The notes under the pieces: generated by a model | Seen by the model: only the letters and a program-made list of their open reading frames with translations | What the model was told of the DNA's origin: nothing | Database searches by the model: none | In this document: positions 25,550-39,150 of the stretch, one piece after another | Layout of the letters: every line of letters starts with the position of its first letter | Position numbering within the stretch: the first letter of the stretch is position 1 | Program-made: the position numbers and the translations under genes | Assembly: GCF_021869535.1 (NCBI RefSeq) | Contig: NW_026262690.1 | Span: forward strand, 57,598,001-57,662,000 | Length of the DNA stretch: 64,000 bases | Direction of reading: 5' to 3' | Source: Mytilus californianus | Taxonomy: Eukaryota

Positions 25550-25806
25550 TCAAAATTATAAGCATGGTCTATTTGATTATTTGATGATTAGAATCAACAA
25601 TGAGCAAAACCAATACCGTATTGTAAGCTATAGTCATTTTCAGCCGACTTCGCGGCGATTTTCTATGTTTGCTCGTGTATTCTTATGAAACTTTATCCAG
25701 GTTTGGCTACTAGTATTTATATTTGAGTTATATTTTTTTCTATTCGTGAAAATAAATCAGAAATATAAGTTGGTTAACAGTTATGCTTCTCCACTTGATT
25801 TTCTAG

Positions 25807-25950
25807 AATTCCATAAGACTTACAGTATGTTCGACTATGATGAAAATGGAACCATATCTACCAACCAGCTAGGCACAGTAATGAGGGCATTAGGACTGAA
25901 TCCGTCTAACGGGGAAGTACAGGATATTATAAATGAAATAGACGCTGAAG
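25807..25950 (+). CDS. Calmodulin-like gene, exon 3 (EF-hand 1 and start of EF-hand 2)
   Basis: (E)[47 protein letters not shown] plus g; acceptor ttctag, donor GTTAGT; same intron position as calmodulin (DAD/G). Confidence 0.92.
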
Positions 25951-27662
25951 GTTAGTGTGGTTTATCACTACGTCTAAAATGGGGAAATTGCGTATTGATC
26001 GTTGACACAAAATATCTACACGCATTTGTCAAAAAAAAAAAAAAAAAAAATACCGGCGCTCTATACTGCGTGCTCTTTCACTAAATAACAGATATTTTAT
26101 TTTGCACGTGATCTATCAGTCATCTAATTATGGACTGACATACAAAGCCATTACAATACTCTTTTATTTGAGCAGGCATATTAATATAAAAATATGATAA
26201 CACTAAACTTATAAGATATCTTTACATATATCCTTCATTGAGGATTGTGAATGATCTCGTATTTCTTGCCGCACTGTACATGTAGTCTTTGAATATCAAT
26301 TATCATAGTTTGTCTCTGGTCTTTATTTCAGAAAATCAAGCGTTGAGAGAACGAGTTATGACATCATTAAAAAAAATTAAAAAGAATAAATGTCTTTCAA
26401 TCGATGAGTTAGGCTTCCTTTGTTCAAAACAAAGATCTTGGGGAAAATTACTAAAATTTTCTTTTAATTGCATAATGTGAATGATCCTGGTAAGAGCGTC
26501 TCGCCTTTCTTGCCGACACGTACATGTTGTATTTGAAGATTAATTTATCTTATTTCGTCAAATAAGCTAATTTGCTGTTTTAAATTAATTTTAATCAGGA
26601 ATCCTTAGATCAAATCAATAGTAAACTTAAAATGTATAAATATGGTAGGAATATAACCCTCAAGTACTCAAAAAAAAGTAAACATTCCAACTTTATCACC
26701 GTAAGGCTGCGATGGTTATATCGTATTATTTTTTAAAGTGAATTCATTTTTGAAAACGTTGGTTTTGTTTTTAAAAAATGGTTTCATGGATGCAAAAACA
26801 CCACCTTTACAAACACAATCATAGAGAAAACACAATTTATAAGACCGGCCTCTAAAGAACTATAATTGAAATTTAAAATACAAATCACCATCAAGCAAAT
26901 GATTTCAAAAAATGAGAAGCTGCAACTTCAACTACAGTTTGCTTAAATCGGGTCAAAAATGAAAGAAGATACATTTATCAAAAGACGACAGAAAATCGCG
27001 TCGAAAAAATACAGATTACGCCAAGTCCCTTCAAAAGACGAAAACGATACTTTAGTTTTCTATATAATGTTTCTGGACTGATTTTTGTCTGTTTTTTTTC
27101 TTTTGCCATTGTGTTGTCTGTCTTTCTTTTACTTATAGTTTTAAATTTTTCCCTTGGTATCTCCCTTTTTTCTACAGTACGTAGGGTAAATATGTCAACC
27201 AACCCGAAACATGCATCTTCTGACTCTTAGCCGACCAGTCTTTGGTATTTTTTTTCAGAAAATCAGGCGTGCAGATAACAATTTATGACCAAATAATAAT
27301 AAAAAACCAGAATACAAATAAATGTCTTGCATATGATTTTGGCTTCCTTTGTTGAAAAAACGATATTTGGGGAAATTATTTACTAGTTTGAGTTCGTTTT
27401 TAATTTTATAAAATCAGACCTCTTTAGACCCCATAAGGATACTTCAGGAGTGGATTTTTTTTCTACCTATATATACCTATTAAATGTTTTTGTGTGTTAA
27501 TTGAAGGAGGTATGCACCTTTAAAATTGAAGTCCCCTTTGAATACCTATACCTTGATAATTTAATTAAAATGTATGACGAACTCCGTTTTGTCAATATAA
27601 AATATAGGTAATTATGAATTGTGCAGTTACATACTCGTACTTATTGAAACATATATTTGAAG

Positions 27663-27902
27663 GAAATGGTGTGATAGAATTCCCGGAATTCCTGACAGTA
27701 ATGTCAAGAAAAATAAACGAAATCGACAATGAAGATGAAATAAGGGACGCTATAAATATAATTTTTAAGGACAGAGAATATGTGAGTGCTGTAGAAATAT
27801 GGTATCTGATGAGAAAATTTGGTGATAAATTGTCTGACGAAGAAGTTCAAGATTTTATAAACCAAACCAGAACTGATGGAGATGGTAAAATCAGATACGA
27901 AG
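27663..27902 (+). CDS. Calmodulin-like gene, exon 4 (EF2 to EF4)
   Basis: (G)NGVIEFPEFLTVMSRKINEIDNEDEIRDAINIIFKDREYVSAVEIWYLMRKFGDKLSDEEVQDFINQTRTDGDGKIRYE plus g; weak AAG acceptor, donor GTATGA. Confidence 0.9.
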
Positions 27903-30149
27903 GTATGATATCTTTCGCTGAAGCTTAACTAACATCCAAAACGTACAGATTCTTAAGCAGTCTGTTTTTTTGTACAAAGCTATAACGGTCGATTCCCGGT
28001 CGCTGTTATTGGTCTATAGATAGAACGTTTTGCCCCTTGTTTGTTGCTGCAGTATTATTTTTAAAGGAGACTATTTCAGTAAAACGAATCGCAATGAAAT
28101 CGGTTTATATATATATATTGAGTGTCATTTACTATTTTAGCTTTGTCCAACTAAACTCTAAAAGGGCAAGGTTTATAAAACGCGTAATTGGTTTAATAAA
28201 AATAGAAAAGTACGATGTTTTTATCATACAATTTCAATTCAAATTATTTATGTAATCAAATCGATATTTTTTCACAACAAAGCATTTGTTTACAATTAGA
28301 CTTTCGAACTCGATCATGCATATGTTGAAAAAATACGGTTCTTCTTTTTGAAATGAAATAAAAAGAAAATTAACGAGGTTGTTAAAACTGGAAAGCTTAT
28401 TTATACTATCAAAAAAATAAACGATACAAGGTCATGCACTTTCAATATAAAAGAAATTGGTTACACCTGAGATCATCCCCAGTTTTTGGTGGGGTTCGTG
28501 TTGATCAGTCTTTAGTTTTTTATGTTGTTTTTTGTGTACTGTTGTTTGTCTGTTTGTCTTTTTGTTCGTTGGTCTTTTTATTTTTTAGCCATGGCGTTGT
28601 CAGTTTATTTTCGACTTATAATATAAAAATAAGGAGATGTGGTATGATTGCCAATGAAACAACTATCCACCAAAGTTCAAATGAAGTTGATGTAAGCAAT
28701 AACTGAGTTTGAATGTCCCTTTGGTATCTTTCGCCTCTCTTTTACACGATATCAAGCCAAAAGCCCATTGGTGTAATGTTGACAGAGCGTTATTTCTCGC
28801 CAAAACCTTTGATTTGAGACCAAACAAAATAAAACAATATTAAAAAAAATAATAAAAAAAAACCAAACGTTAAGTTTTAAATTTAAAATTGTAATGTTTA
28901 CGACCGTTGAATCCTAATTACAAAAATTGTGCCAAATCTAGCTAATGTCATCTATGTCTGGGGTAAAAAAATCTTTCTCAGTTTAGGCAACAGTAGTTAA
29001 TCGATGTTTAAATCTCATAAATCTATTATGTAGACCAATCAAGGTTACAAACAAAAACTAAGGGAATCGCTTGACCTTAGTGTGTCGACAGGGTAAACGT
29101 CTACTGCTGCCACGCGAATCCGCACCTGGTCAAAATATCTCAATTGGTAACATTACAGATTAGACGAGTATTCCGGTACTTAAAATTCTAAGACTATGAA
29201 AACAAGTTACTATTGAGTTGAGACACATACATATCGTATGGGTCAACCAATTTGTGGTGGTGACCCAAAATGTTATGCAGTGTCGATTTCAGTCGTTTTC
29301 CCCTCATAACTCTGTTGGAGCATTTTTGTGTAATGAGCACCCTGCTACATGTAATGCCATCCGTATATCATGAACACAATGTGTTTCGAATGATTTTTAA
29401 GTTTTTATAAAAAAATAATTTACGTTATCAATGATATTTCATGTCAGCACAGGAGTTCTGACTACTAGGGTTGTGATACAATCGTAGACAAAAGGTCAAT
29501 CAGCAGTACTCATCAAAGTTACAAAGCTTATAATTTACTACACCAAACTTTTTATAAGCGCATGAATCAAAATAACTTGAAAACAAAATTAATGATAAAA
29601 TTGAGGGACAATGAAAACAAAAAAATTCTCTAACAGGTGTTGCAAATCTGACATAGGTCATCTGTGATTTGCGTAAAAGAACTTAGTGTTTGAAATATCT
29701 TATTACTGGTAACAGTCAATTAACAGAAAGCGGCTGTATCAATAGGGCTGTTAGATATCTAGAAGTGTAAATTTGAAACAAATTGATGTGAATGAATTGA
29801 GAGAATAGAATAGTGAATGGAAACGGGGAATATGTCAAAGAGAGAACAACCCGACCAAAGAGCAGAAAACAGTCCGAGACCACAAATGGGTCTTCAACGC
29901 AGCGATAAAATATCGCACCTGGTGGCGGGCCCCTAAACAGTAATGTATACTAATTCAGCGAAATGGACGCCACGCTAAATGTGTTTATTTCAGATGCAAA
30001 TAGTGAATCAATATTATTTCCAAAAAAGTATGAATTATAAATTATCATTATATATATTTTTTGAATTTTTATTCATCCCCGGCTTTAAAATGTTTAGGTT
30101 TGAGCATTCGAGGTGAAGGTAAATTCAGAAGGATGCTTCGGACGCTTGA

Positions 30150-30932
30150 AAATGAGGTCAAGGTCAGATGATACCAGCCAGACAGACATATAAACATTCC
30201 ATACACCAAACATAGTTAACCTATTGCTTATAGAAAAACAGACCAAAACACAAAAAATTAACATTGAGCAATGAATCGTGAAAATGAGGTCAAGGTCAAA
30301 TAAAACCTGCCAGACTGAAATGTATATCATAAAATATTTCCATACACCAAATATAGCTGACCTATTGCATACAGTATTAGAAAAATAGACCAAAACACAA
30401 AAAAAACTTAACTTTAAACACTGAACCATGAAAATGAGGTCAAGGTGAGATGACACCTGCCAGTTGGACATGTACTCCTTACAATCATTCCATACACCAA
30501 ATATAGTAGACCTACTGCTTATAGTATCTGAGATATGGAATTGACCACGAAAACTTAACCTTGTTCACTGAACCATGAAATGAGGTCGAGGTCAAGTGAA
30601 AACTGTCTGACAGGCATGAGGATTGTGCAAGGTATGCACATACCAAATATAGTTATCCTATCACTCATAATAAGAGAGAAATTAACATTACAAAAACTTT
30701 TTTCGAGTATTCACAGAACCATAAAAATGAGGTTAAGGACAAAGGACATATGACAGACGGAAACTTCATATCATAAGGCATCTATATACAAAGTATGAAG
30801 CATCCAAATCTTCTACCTTCGGAAATATTAAGCTTTTAAGTAGTTAGTTAACGCCGCCGTGGCCGCCGCCGCCGCTGGTTCTCTATCCCTATGTCGAACT
30901 ATCTGCGACAAAAGTCGCAGGCTCAACAAAAA
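30150..30932 (-). mobile_element. Helentron/HINE-like element 4 (minus orientation) with 130-150 bp tandem units
   Basis: Minus-strand start tttttgttgagcctgcgacttttgtcgcag with a hairpin, (GGC)n microsatellite; aaaatgaggtcaaggtc recurs near 30150, 30280, 30430, 30578 and 30726. Confidence 0.72.
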
Positions 30933-31452
30933 CATATTAAACATTGTATTGAACATTGTTTGGCTAAATCGCATTCGAAGTATATATATAAATATATATA
31001 CTTTTGCCTTTTAATTAAAACCGCATGTTAAACTGTATGTGTCGTTTATTTTATTGTGTTGTTGGGTTGTTGCCTAATTGATGACGAACCGACATCTTGT
31101 TTCAACTCTGTCAAATTAAAGGTGATTTTGAAAGCATATTACGTATTGTCGCATAATTTTGTCACTTAAACGACCCTTTACCAAAAATAAAGTCAATATT
31201 GAAACTTTCGTAGACATTGTTTTCATGGGCGTCTGATGCAATAAAATTGGTACCGTTAATGTTTAATGGTCAATTACAATATTATGAATCAAATGATGCA
31301 ATTAGCTTATGCTTAAGTCAGCTATCTCTGTGATACGACATTATGTTTAATATCACCTCACAGTTGATTTAAAACCGTATAAATATTTCGATATCAATGA
31401 TTAAGTTTTAGTCTTTAAAATCAATCTAATATGATATTTTATTTTTCTTCAG

Positions 31453-31493
31453 ATTTTCTAAAAGTTATGGGTGTAAAACCGAAGTGTGACTGA
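31453..31493 (+). CDS. Calmodulin-like gene, terminal exon 5
   Basis: Strong acceptor tttttcttcag; (D)FLKVMGVKPKCD then TGA, cf. calmodulin EFVQMMTAK; AATAAA at 31691-31696. Confidence 0.78.
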
Positions 31494-34400
31494 AGCAGCA
31501 ACAGCGTCCTTGGTTTTATATTTATATAAACCAAAATATTTTCAGGTCGTTTTAAATGCAGATTCAGTTTTCAGCTCACTTTACAGTACTTTTTTTTAAC
31601 TTGACATAACAAGACATCATCTGCATTTTGAAAGATGCTTTATATGTTAATCACATCTCATGTTTATGTATTTAATACTATGTTATCCTAAATAAAATGT
31701 TCGATGTTTTTATCAAGTAATATTGAAATAATTAATTTATTTTACTTATGAGGTGTTTAATTTGTTGCTTGTTGAAAGGCTGGTAAAGACCCCCCCCCAC
31801 ACACACACAAACAAAAGAGTATAAAAAACTAAACCAAACAAACATTTGACAGAAAACACTCAATTTTAAAATTGTTCAATGTATGGAATAATTACAAATC
31901 TAGGAAGTACGAACTGTCAAAGAAATACCCCAGTGAGATTTTATCGCCTAACACTAAGTGTAAAGAAATTGCTGACACCCGTCATATCATATAAATTTTT
32001 TATCCAGGAAACGTTCAAAGAAAAATGGCAATTGAAACGAGATGTTAGAGCAACATACATATAAAAAAATCACCAGGGATACCTGTCTTTTAATTAAGTA
32101 CGTTAGACGATTTTTTCCACTCAAATCAAAACAGTTTAATAGCCGAATCAATGACGAAGTTAAAGAGAATTGAATATAGAAAAAGAAAAAAAAGTTATGT
32201 CGAATCTTTAGAAGGTTATTTATGCCTGGGGTAAACATCTGTTCACGGAAACACATTGTGAAGTGTATAACAATGGAATGGAATACATATCTGTCCAGTA
32301 GTCTTGTAGCAATAGCGAAGAAAAATGTACCATAAACACAACAATTTTACCGACCATTTGGTAGTTGTTCAATTGAATTACAATTATTGCAAACGTCATA
32401 TTGAGTCACTGGTTATAGGGCGGGTGGTATTCTTGGACCTTGCCAGCCAGCCAGGAGCGACATACAAACCCTACAATGAAATGGAACTTAAACTTTAGTT
32501 GCTGCTTTTATCAAGGCGATTGAAGCATGGGTATCTCTTATATATTATTATATCTTTTATTGGTTATAGAAAATTGTCTATTGATTAAGTTTATTGTACA
32601 GTTATTTTATTCATACCGACGCACTGATGTGGTAACCGTATTTAACGTTTCCACCCTTAGCAGATTAGTTTTCTTTTTCAGTCTCTATCAGAAATACTTC
32701 GAGGAAAAAGTTTTGATAGTAAAGCATGTATAAATAATGTAAATGTTTTACAGCCAAAAAAAATATCAAAAGTAGAATCAAATCAAACCAACCAAGATGC
32801 ATCAGCAGAGAAATTGGAACCTTAGTTTCAAATATGACAAAGCATTGTCTTAGATGCGACCTAAGCAATTGTTTTCAATAGAAAAGCAAAGTCTTTCATT
32901 ATACACCGCTTTCTTTCGGGATTTTATGGCGATGGAAGAAACGATCTGTTTGTTCCTCCGTCCGTCCGTTCTTTCGTCATTCAGTGCAACTTTCGTAACC
33001 GCAACTGTTTATAAACAGCTTGATATGATTTTGACTTTCACAGAATATCACTCACATGATGTACTTTTGAACCTTCTATTTCATTTCTTCATCTGAATGA
33101 TTCTTGGGGTTTATTTTTAGATGACATTTGTATCCACTTCTTTTCCTAAATCTGTAATCATAATTTAATGAAAAAAATCTTAATCATTTAATGCCATTGT
33201 GCATCTCCTATTTTGTGTTTTGGTTTGAATTTTCCTTACCAAAGCATATACTTTGCCATTTCTTTATTTGGGAGTACCCACATTGTTTCCGCAACTTCTC
33301 TTTTTTTACTATTTATCATGTGACTTTCTTCAAACACAAAATTGGCACTAAAGACCCACTCATATTAAACAACATTGTAATGAGGGGTTTAGAAGTTACT
33401 GATACAAAACGGCTTCCTCAAAAATAAACCAATATCATGCTTTGGTAAGGAAAGCCCAAATAATTATTCTGATAAGAAAAATAGGAGGTGCGCAATAGCA
33501 TGGAAAAGATTGTGTGAATTGTAGTAAGTGTAAAATTGTGATGGCCTCCTTTGTTAACATGCTCAAATAGTACTTAGAAAATAAATATAAGTGTAAAATA
33601 AAGTAAAGATTTGGAGAGAAAAAATTGATATATAAACTTGCTTTCTTTTTTTTTTTACATCGTTTTATGTTTATAGCATCCTTTAAGTAAAATTCATTCA
33701 ATCTTAGAAGTTTATTGAAATATTGTTATTCATATTTTTTTTATATCATTAATGTTGCTAAATCTTTTTAAATTGTTGTTATAAGTACAATCATTGATTT
33801 TGTAATACCATATTGATTATAATAAAGTGCTTAAGCCATCATCTGACTTTACATTTTGGCTTTGTACAAAAATAGGAAATACCAATTGTACTAAACTTAA
33901 ATTAAAAAGGTAAAAAGATACCAAGGGGACATTCAAAACTCCTAAGTCACGGTCAACTGACAACGCAATGACACAAAACGAAAGACGAAGAAGGACAAGT
34001 CCACAAACCAGTCCATGGAAAAATAAAGACTGAGCAACGCAAACCCCACCAAGAACGTAAAAACCAAAATAATTTTCTAAACAAGTATTCTGAGGTCATT
34101 GCATATGCAATATAATGTCTTCTACCGGAAGGAATATTCGACGAGGAACAAGCTTTCCCTTGAGAAGGTCAGGTGTTACAATTCAAATTGGGAATTGTAG
34201 CTGTTAACGTGATTGTGAACTTCCACTAATCTTAAATCTGGTCAGAATATTTGTTTATATTTTCAACATCCCCTAGAAAGCCCCATACCCTTTTTTTATA
34301 AAATTACTATGCAAAAGGGCCACAAATATCGAAAACAATGTTCGACGAAAAAAAACCTCTTAATCTGTTAAGTCTTAAGATAAAACTTTACACTAAATAT

Positions 34401-35087
34401 AAGTTAAATTAGAGACAATAGTAGTTGATCGATGTTCAAATCTCATAAATCACTAAAAAGGTAAAAAAAAACTTAAGATACTTAGTCATAATTTACAATA
34501 AATATTGTACCAAACTTTTTCATAGCAGTTTTTCGCATTCTAGGGCAGCAAATTATGCAATAATCATTCAACCAGTATACTTTCAAATTCTAATTGTAAC
34601 TTCTTATGATATTTCAAGAAACCAAATTTGTTATCAATTTAAACACCTTTACAAAAAAAGTGCGAAAATACATAATTTCAAGCAATGTCCATAGCACATA
34701 GCTTCCTCTGAAAGCTGAACAAAACTCAAAGTTCTTGTGATATGAATATTCACAAAATATTCTATTTACTATTCGGGAATAACATAAAAAGTGTTGAAAA
34801 CCTTAACAATATTCTATACCCATATCTTCCACTGAAATTACTTAAGCGGAACAAAAATCAAACTCGTCCTGTACGTTTGTATGACTTAATTGTATATCAA
34901 ATATTAAATCAATTTATCAGGCATTGCAGAAAAAGTGCAGAAAGCACATAGTTTTATAAGCAATTTTCTGTGTCGAAGGTCCATACCTTCCAATGAAATT
35001 GCTGAAGCGGGACAGACTCAAACTCAATCATTAACTTTTGATGCTATTGCCATGTACTAAATTTCTATTCAATATATTTTAGCATTA

Positions 35088-35960
35088 CATGGCTTGTATT
35101 TCCTATCAAGATTTCCTTGATAGAGGGTTGCTGCTCACAAGGAAGCTATTAAACCAAGTGTTCCAAGTGGTTAAGTAACATAACAAAAACACCGAACTCC
35201 AAAGAAAGTTCAAAACGGAAAGTCCCTTATCAAATGTCAAAATCAAAAGCTCCTGACTTGGACCTTGGTACAGGCATTTCCTTATGTAGAAAATGGTGGA
35301 TTAAACCTGGTTTTATAACTAGCTTAACCTCTCACTTGTATGACAGTCGCATAAAATTCCATTATATTGACAACAATGTGTAAACAAAACAAACAGATAT
35401 AATAACAAAAAAATATGTCAACAAAGAAAAACAAAATGGCATATAGACAAAGCACATAATCAAAAATGAAAGACAAGAATACAAAAAATGACCATAGCAC
35501 AATAACACAATGGCGGGATGTAATCACGAGTTGGTTGGCCGTTATGGAATATATGTTTTACAGATGAAGACGGATATGTTCGAATTGTTGGAACCACGAT
35601 CCCGTTCTCTTTTCCTTGAATGTGATCTACCGAATAAGACTTATCACTCGGTTTGTACTTACATGAGCAACACGACGGGTGCCACATGTGAAGCAGGATC
35701 TGCTTACCCTTCCGGAACACCCGAGATAATCCCAGGTTTTTGGTGGGGTTCATGTTGCTCCGTCTTTCGTTTTCTATTGTATGTATGTGGTCTGTGTTTC
35801 CAAGTGGGAGGATTAGCTAGCTGAAGAACCAGGTTTTACCCACCATTTTCTTCGGAAAATGCCTATAGCAAGTCTGGAAAACTTTCATTCGTTGATGTGG
35901 CCGATCTGATTGATTTTGTCAGGTTTTATGGACTTCCCGCTCTTTGAATTTACCTTTGAG
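35088..35960 (+). mobile_element. Composite: PLE RT 3' fragment split by a different repeat of about 340 bp (35178-35520)
   Basis: PLE sequence ACISYQDFLDRGLLLTRKLLNQ stops at about 35177 and resumes at about 35521 (NHELVGRYGI), followed by the PLE 3' UTR and a further repeat. Confidence 0.65.
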
Positions 35961-36814
35961 TTTTTTTCTCTTCCGATTTATTAGGTATTATTAGTTCCCA
36001 ACGATGTGTGTCTTTGGTCAGATGACTTAAAGATATAAATATTTACATATCTTTTTTATCTTCAATATTCTTCTAGTTTAAGTAAGGAAAGATAACTATA
36101 ATAATTTAGAATATTGTATTTCAGATATAGAAAAAACCCTGCTTTATCGGATTTACTATAAATAGACGTAACATTTTTTGAACTGATTTTATTTTTATAT
36201 CGCACATATCAAAAAATTATATCAAGGAAAAATTCGCACAAGTAGGGGTTTCTTACTATTTCCTTAAACACGAATATGTTCAAATATTATCCTTGTACTG
36301 GTATTACGTCATATATAGATCTATATTTCGGTTTACTATTTTAATCGTAAATTTTTTGACAAGCTGTTACTTGTCCGATATTTTATTTATTTTGATACAA
36401 ACAAACGTGAACAAGAATAGTAAAGGATTAGATATGACAATTCAATAGTTATTCGAGTTTAAAATAAGCAGTAAGTACTACGTTAGATAAGAAAATGTTT
36501 ATAGTATTATCTTATTTGGTAAATATATGCATTGAAATAAAAAAAAATACAAACTTCCTGTTTTGATCTTTATATAATGGCGTCAAAGTAATGACTTGAT
36601 ATTTAAATTACATCAGGTAATTAAAAGTAAACAAGTAGTTTCTTCTCCATAAAGACTTAAAAATACAGGATTAAACTAGTAATAGAAGAAGGAATACAAA
36701 TCGATTGAATATTTTACATACTTCTTACACAAACTAAGCTTCGAAGTTGAAAGGTACTGATTTCACATTTTTTTTATAGACTTCACTTGCTCGACTCGAG
36801 CAGCAGTAAATAAA

Positions 36815-36862
36815 ATGAACTTTCTAATCATATTGTGTTACTTTGTTATCTTCTTCTTATAT
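36815..36862 (+). CDS. Cysteine-rich secreted or membrane protein, coding exon 1 (signal peptide)
   Basis: taaaATG; MNFLIILCYFVIFFLY then donor GTAATG; hydrophobic core continues into VYC of exon 2; an acceptor at about 36779 implies an upstream non-coding exon. Confidence 0.7.
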
Positions 36863-36964
36863 GTAATGTATATCTTTATTCCAAATCACTATACAATGTT
36901 GGAGGGGAAATTGTGGTCAATCCATGATGATTTGAACTAGTAAAATTCATCCGAACTTCCAATG

Positions 36965-36970
<6 letters not shown>

Positions 36971-37020
<50 letters not shown>
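36971..37020. repeat. (CT)n microsatellite
   Basis: 50 bp of CT repeats with one interruption. Confidence 0.95.
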
Positions 37021-37658
37021 CACTCACTGACTGATCTACGATAAAACACAAACCAATACAACGAAAAACAAATGTTGCAGATATACGAAATGCGAAACAT
37101 GTAAATCCGAAATTTCACCAAGTTGATTACTGTCAGTTTAAGCTTATCACTTTATTTGTTTGAAGAAGAAGTAGAAGAAGTATAATTATAAACAAATATT
37201 GATGTATGAGATTTTGAAGCACTATTATTTGAATTTTGTTTTCTCAATTTGGATCTGGCTCTTTTAATTTTTGTATAAGCGTTTAACCGTTTCACATATT
37301 TTTTCTTCAAGGTAAATAGATATGAAAGTGACAGATATTGCGGTCTGTGCAGTATTTGTATGTCTGGTATGTTTACATTATAATTATTTTGAATTCCATA
37401 TAATTTTATTTGTGATTAAAGCAGTAGTAGATTACTATAGTAAGACTTTTTACTGGCGTAACGATTAGTTGGCGTTAGTGTCAACGAGGGACCAACTTCA
37501 GTAGTAAGATGATCATATTTCCAGGTCATGCAGTCCATTGTAGACGTTCACATCCAGCTCGAAATACTCTTTCAGTGAAATATTATAAATATTAATGTCG
37601 GAATCTTGTTGCATGTCAATGTTTTTTTTAACTATTTGTTTCAACTTATTCTAATTAG

Positions 37659-37833
37659 GTATACTGTGATGTCGGACTGGCCAACTATAGTCTAGAATGT
37701 CCAGAAAGACCACACTGGAAAATAAGAGCTGATAGTGTATGTAATGGAACTGCAGATAAGTACCACTGCTTATATGACCCAAATAACGAGAACATTACAG
37801 AATTTTGTGATAGCCCAAAAGATTATACTGCAG
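37659..37833 (+). CDS. Cysteine-rich protein, coding exon 2
   Basis: Acceptor ttctaattag, donor GTAAAC; VYCDVGLANYSLECPERPHWKIRADSVCNGTADKYHCLYDPNNENITEFCDSPKDYTA plus g; 5 Cys, 3 N-glycosylation sequons; not in the ORF track. Confidence 0.8.
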
Positions 37834-38197
37834 GTAAACAGTTGAATGTTGTATTGATTGCATTTTTAATTTACGTGAAGTGTAGATTAATGAGATTTGG
37901 GATAAACATAATTGAAACAGCAAATAAATGATTATGTTAGTTTTCTATATAGTGTTTTACAATCTGTTGTTTATCTTTTTGTTATTCTTTTTGTATAAAT
38001 TTGCCATGGTATTGTTAAGTTTTTCTTCAACTTTAAAATTTTGATTGTCCCTTTTATATCTGCCGCCTCTCATTTTATACAAATCGAACGGTCTTTACAG
38101 CATTCTGTGATGGTATCTACACATTGTCTTTTTATTTAACAAAATGCTATATGCATTTTATCTCATAGAATAACCAATTTCTTTCAAACAGTTCGAT

Positions 38198-39150
38198 AAA
38201 AGAGGGACGAAAGATACCAGAGGGACAGTCAAACTCATAGATCGAAAACAAACTGACAACGCCATGGCCAAAATTAAAAAGACAAACAGACAAATAAAAG
38301 TACAGATGACACAACATAGAAAACCAAAGACTAAGCAACACGAACCCCACCAAAAACTGGGGGTGATCTCAGGTGCTCCGGAAGGGTAAGCAGATCCTGC
38401 TCCACATGTGGCACCCGTCGTGTTCTTATGTTATTACAAATCCGGTAAATAGTCTAATTCGGTAAGTCACATTCGTGAAAAGGGAGGGTATTGTAGTAAC
38501 GACATAAGGAACATATCCGATATCATCTGTGAAACGGTTATTCCATAACGGTCAACCAACTCGTGATGGCGTCCGTAAAATTTACGAAGGGACGATTTCA
38601 ACTTCACCATTTGGAACTCTTGGTTTAATAGCTTCCTTGTGAGCAGCAATCCTCTATCAAGGAAATCATGTTAGGAAACACAAGCCCGGGAATATCGTAT
38701 CAATTGGGAGATATATACTCCGTATACAGGTGCTGCTGGAATGTTGCTACATAGAAATGGAAAGTTCACAATTGGGAAGCTGAAATCATCTCTTTTGTCG
38801 TAAAGTTTTGTTTTCAACCGACCCTCATTGTCAATTTCTAGATGTAAGTCAAGATATGAGGCAGACTTAACTGTATCTGTAGTATCCTTTATCTATAGTT
38901 CGATGGGATAGATTCGTTCAACATAGTCACCAAATTTTGTATTATTTACTGAAAGAACATCATCAATATAACGGAACGTAGAGTTAAAGGATATTGCTAA
39001 CTTCTTATCTTTCTTCCTAAGAAGTTCCTGTATGAAGTCAGCCTCATAATAATAAAGAAACAAGTCGACAAGAAGAGGGGCACAATTGGTTCCCATTGGA
39101 ATTCCGACAGTCTGTTGAAAAACACGTAACAAATATGTTGTCAATCAATG
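38198..39150 (-). mobile_element. 5'-truncated PLE: RT motifs B' and C, C-terminus and 3' UTR
   Basis: FQQTVGIPMGTNCAPLLVDLFLYYYE, FRYIDDVLSVNN and LLTRKLLNQEFQMVKLKSSLRKFYGRHHELVDRY; 3' end ggtatctttcgtccctctttt. Short 3'-UTR pieces also lie near 19.85, 24.4, 27.05, 28.45, 33.9, 39.43 and 58.72 kb. Confidence 0.9.

Noticed and set aside
27903-27928. Read-through end MISFAEA-stop of the calmodulin-like ORF
   Set aside because: A GTATGA donor at the conserved calmodulin intron position and a well-formed last exon at 31453 fit better; intron retention is not excluded.
30095-30150. Possible second hammerhead family (gagcattcgaggtgaaggtaaattcagaaggatgcttcggacgc)
   Set aside because: Resembles a repeat I recall with a CTGATGA...GAAA core, but here both core boxes are altered; cannot be supported from this window alone.
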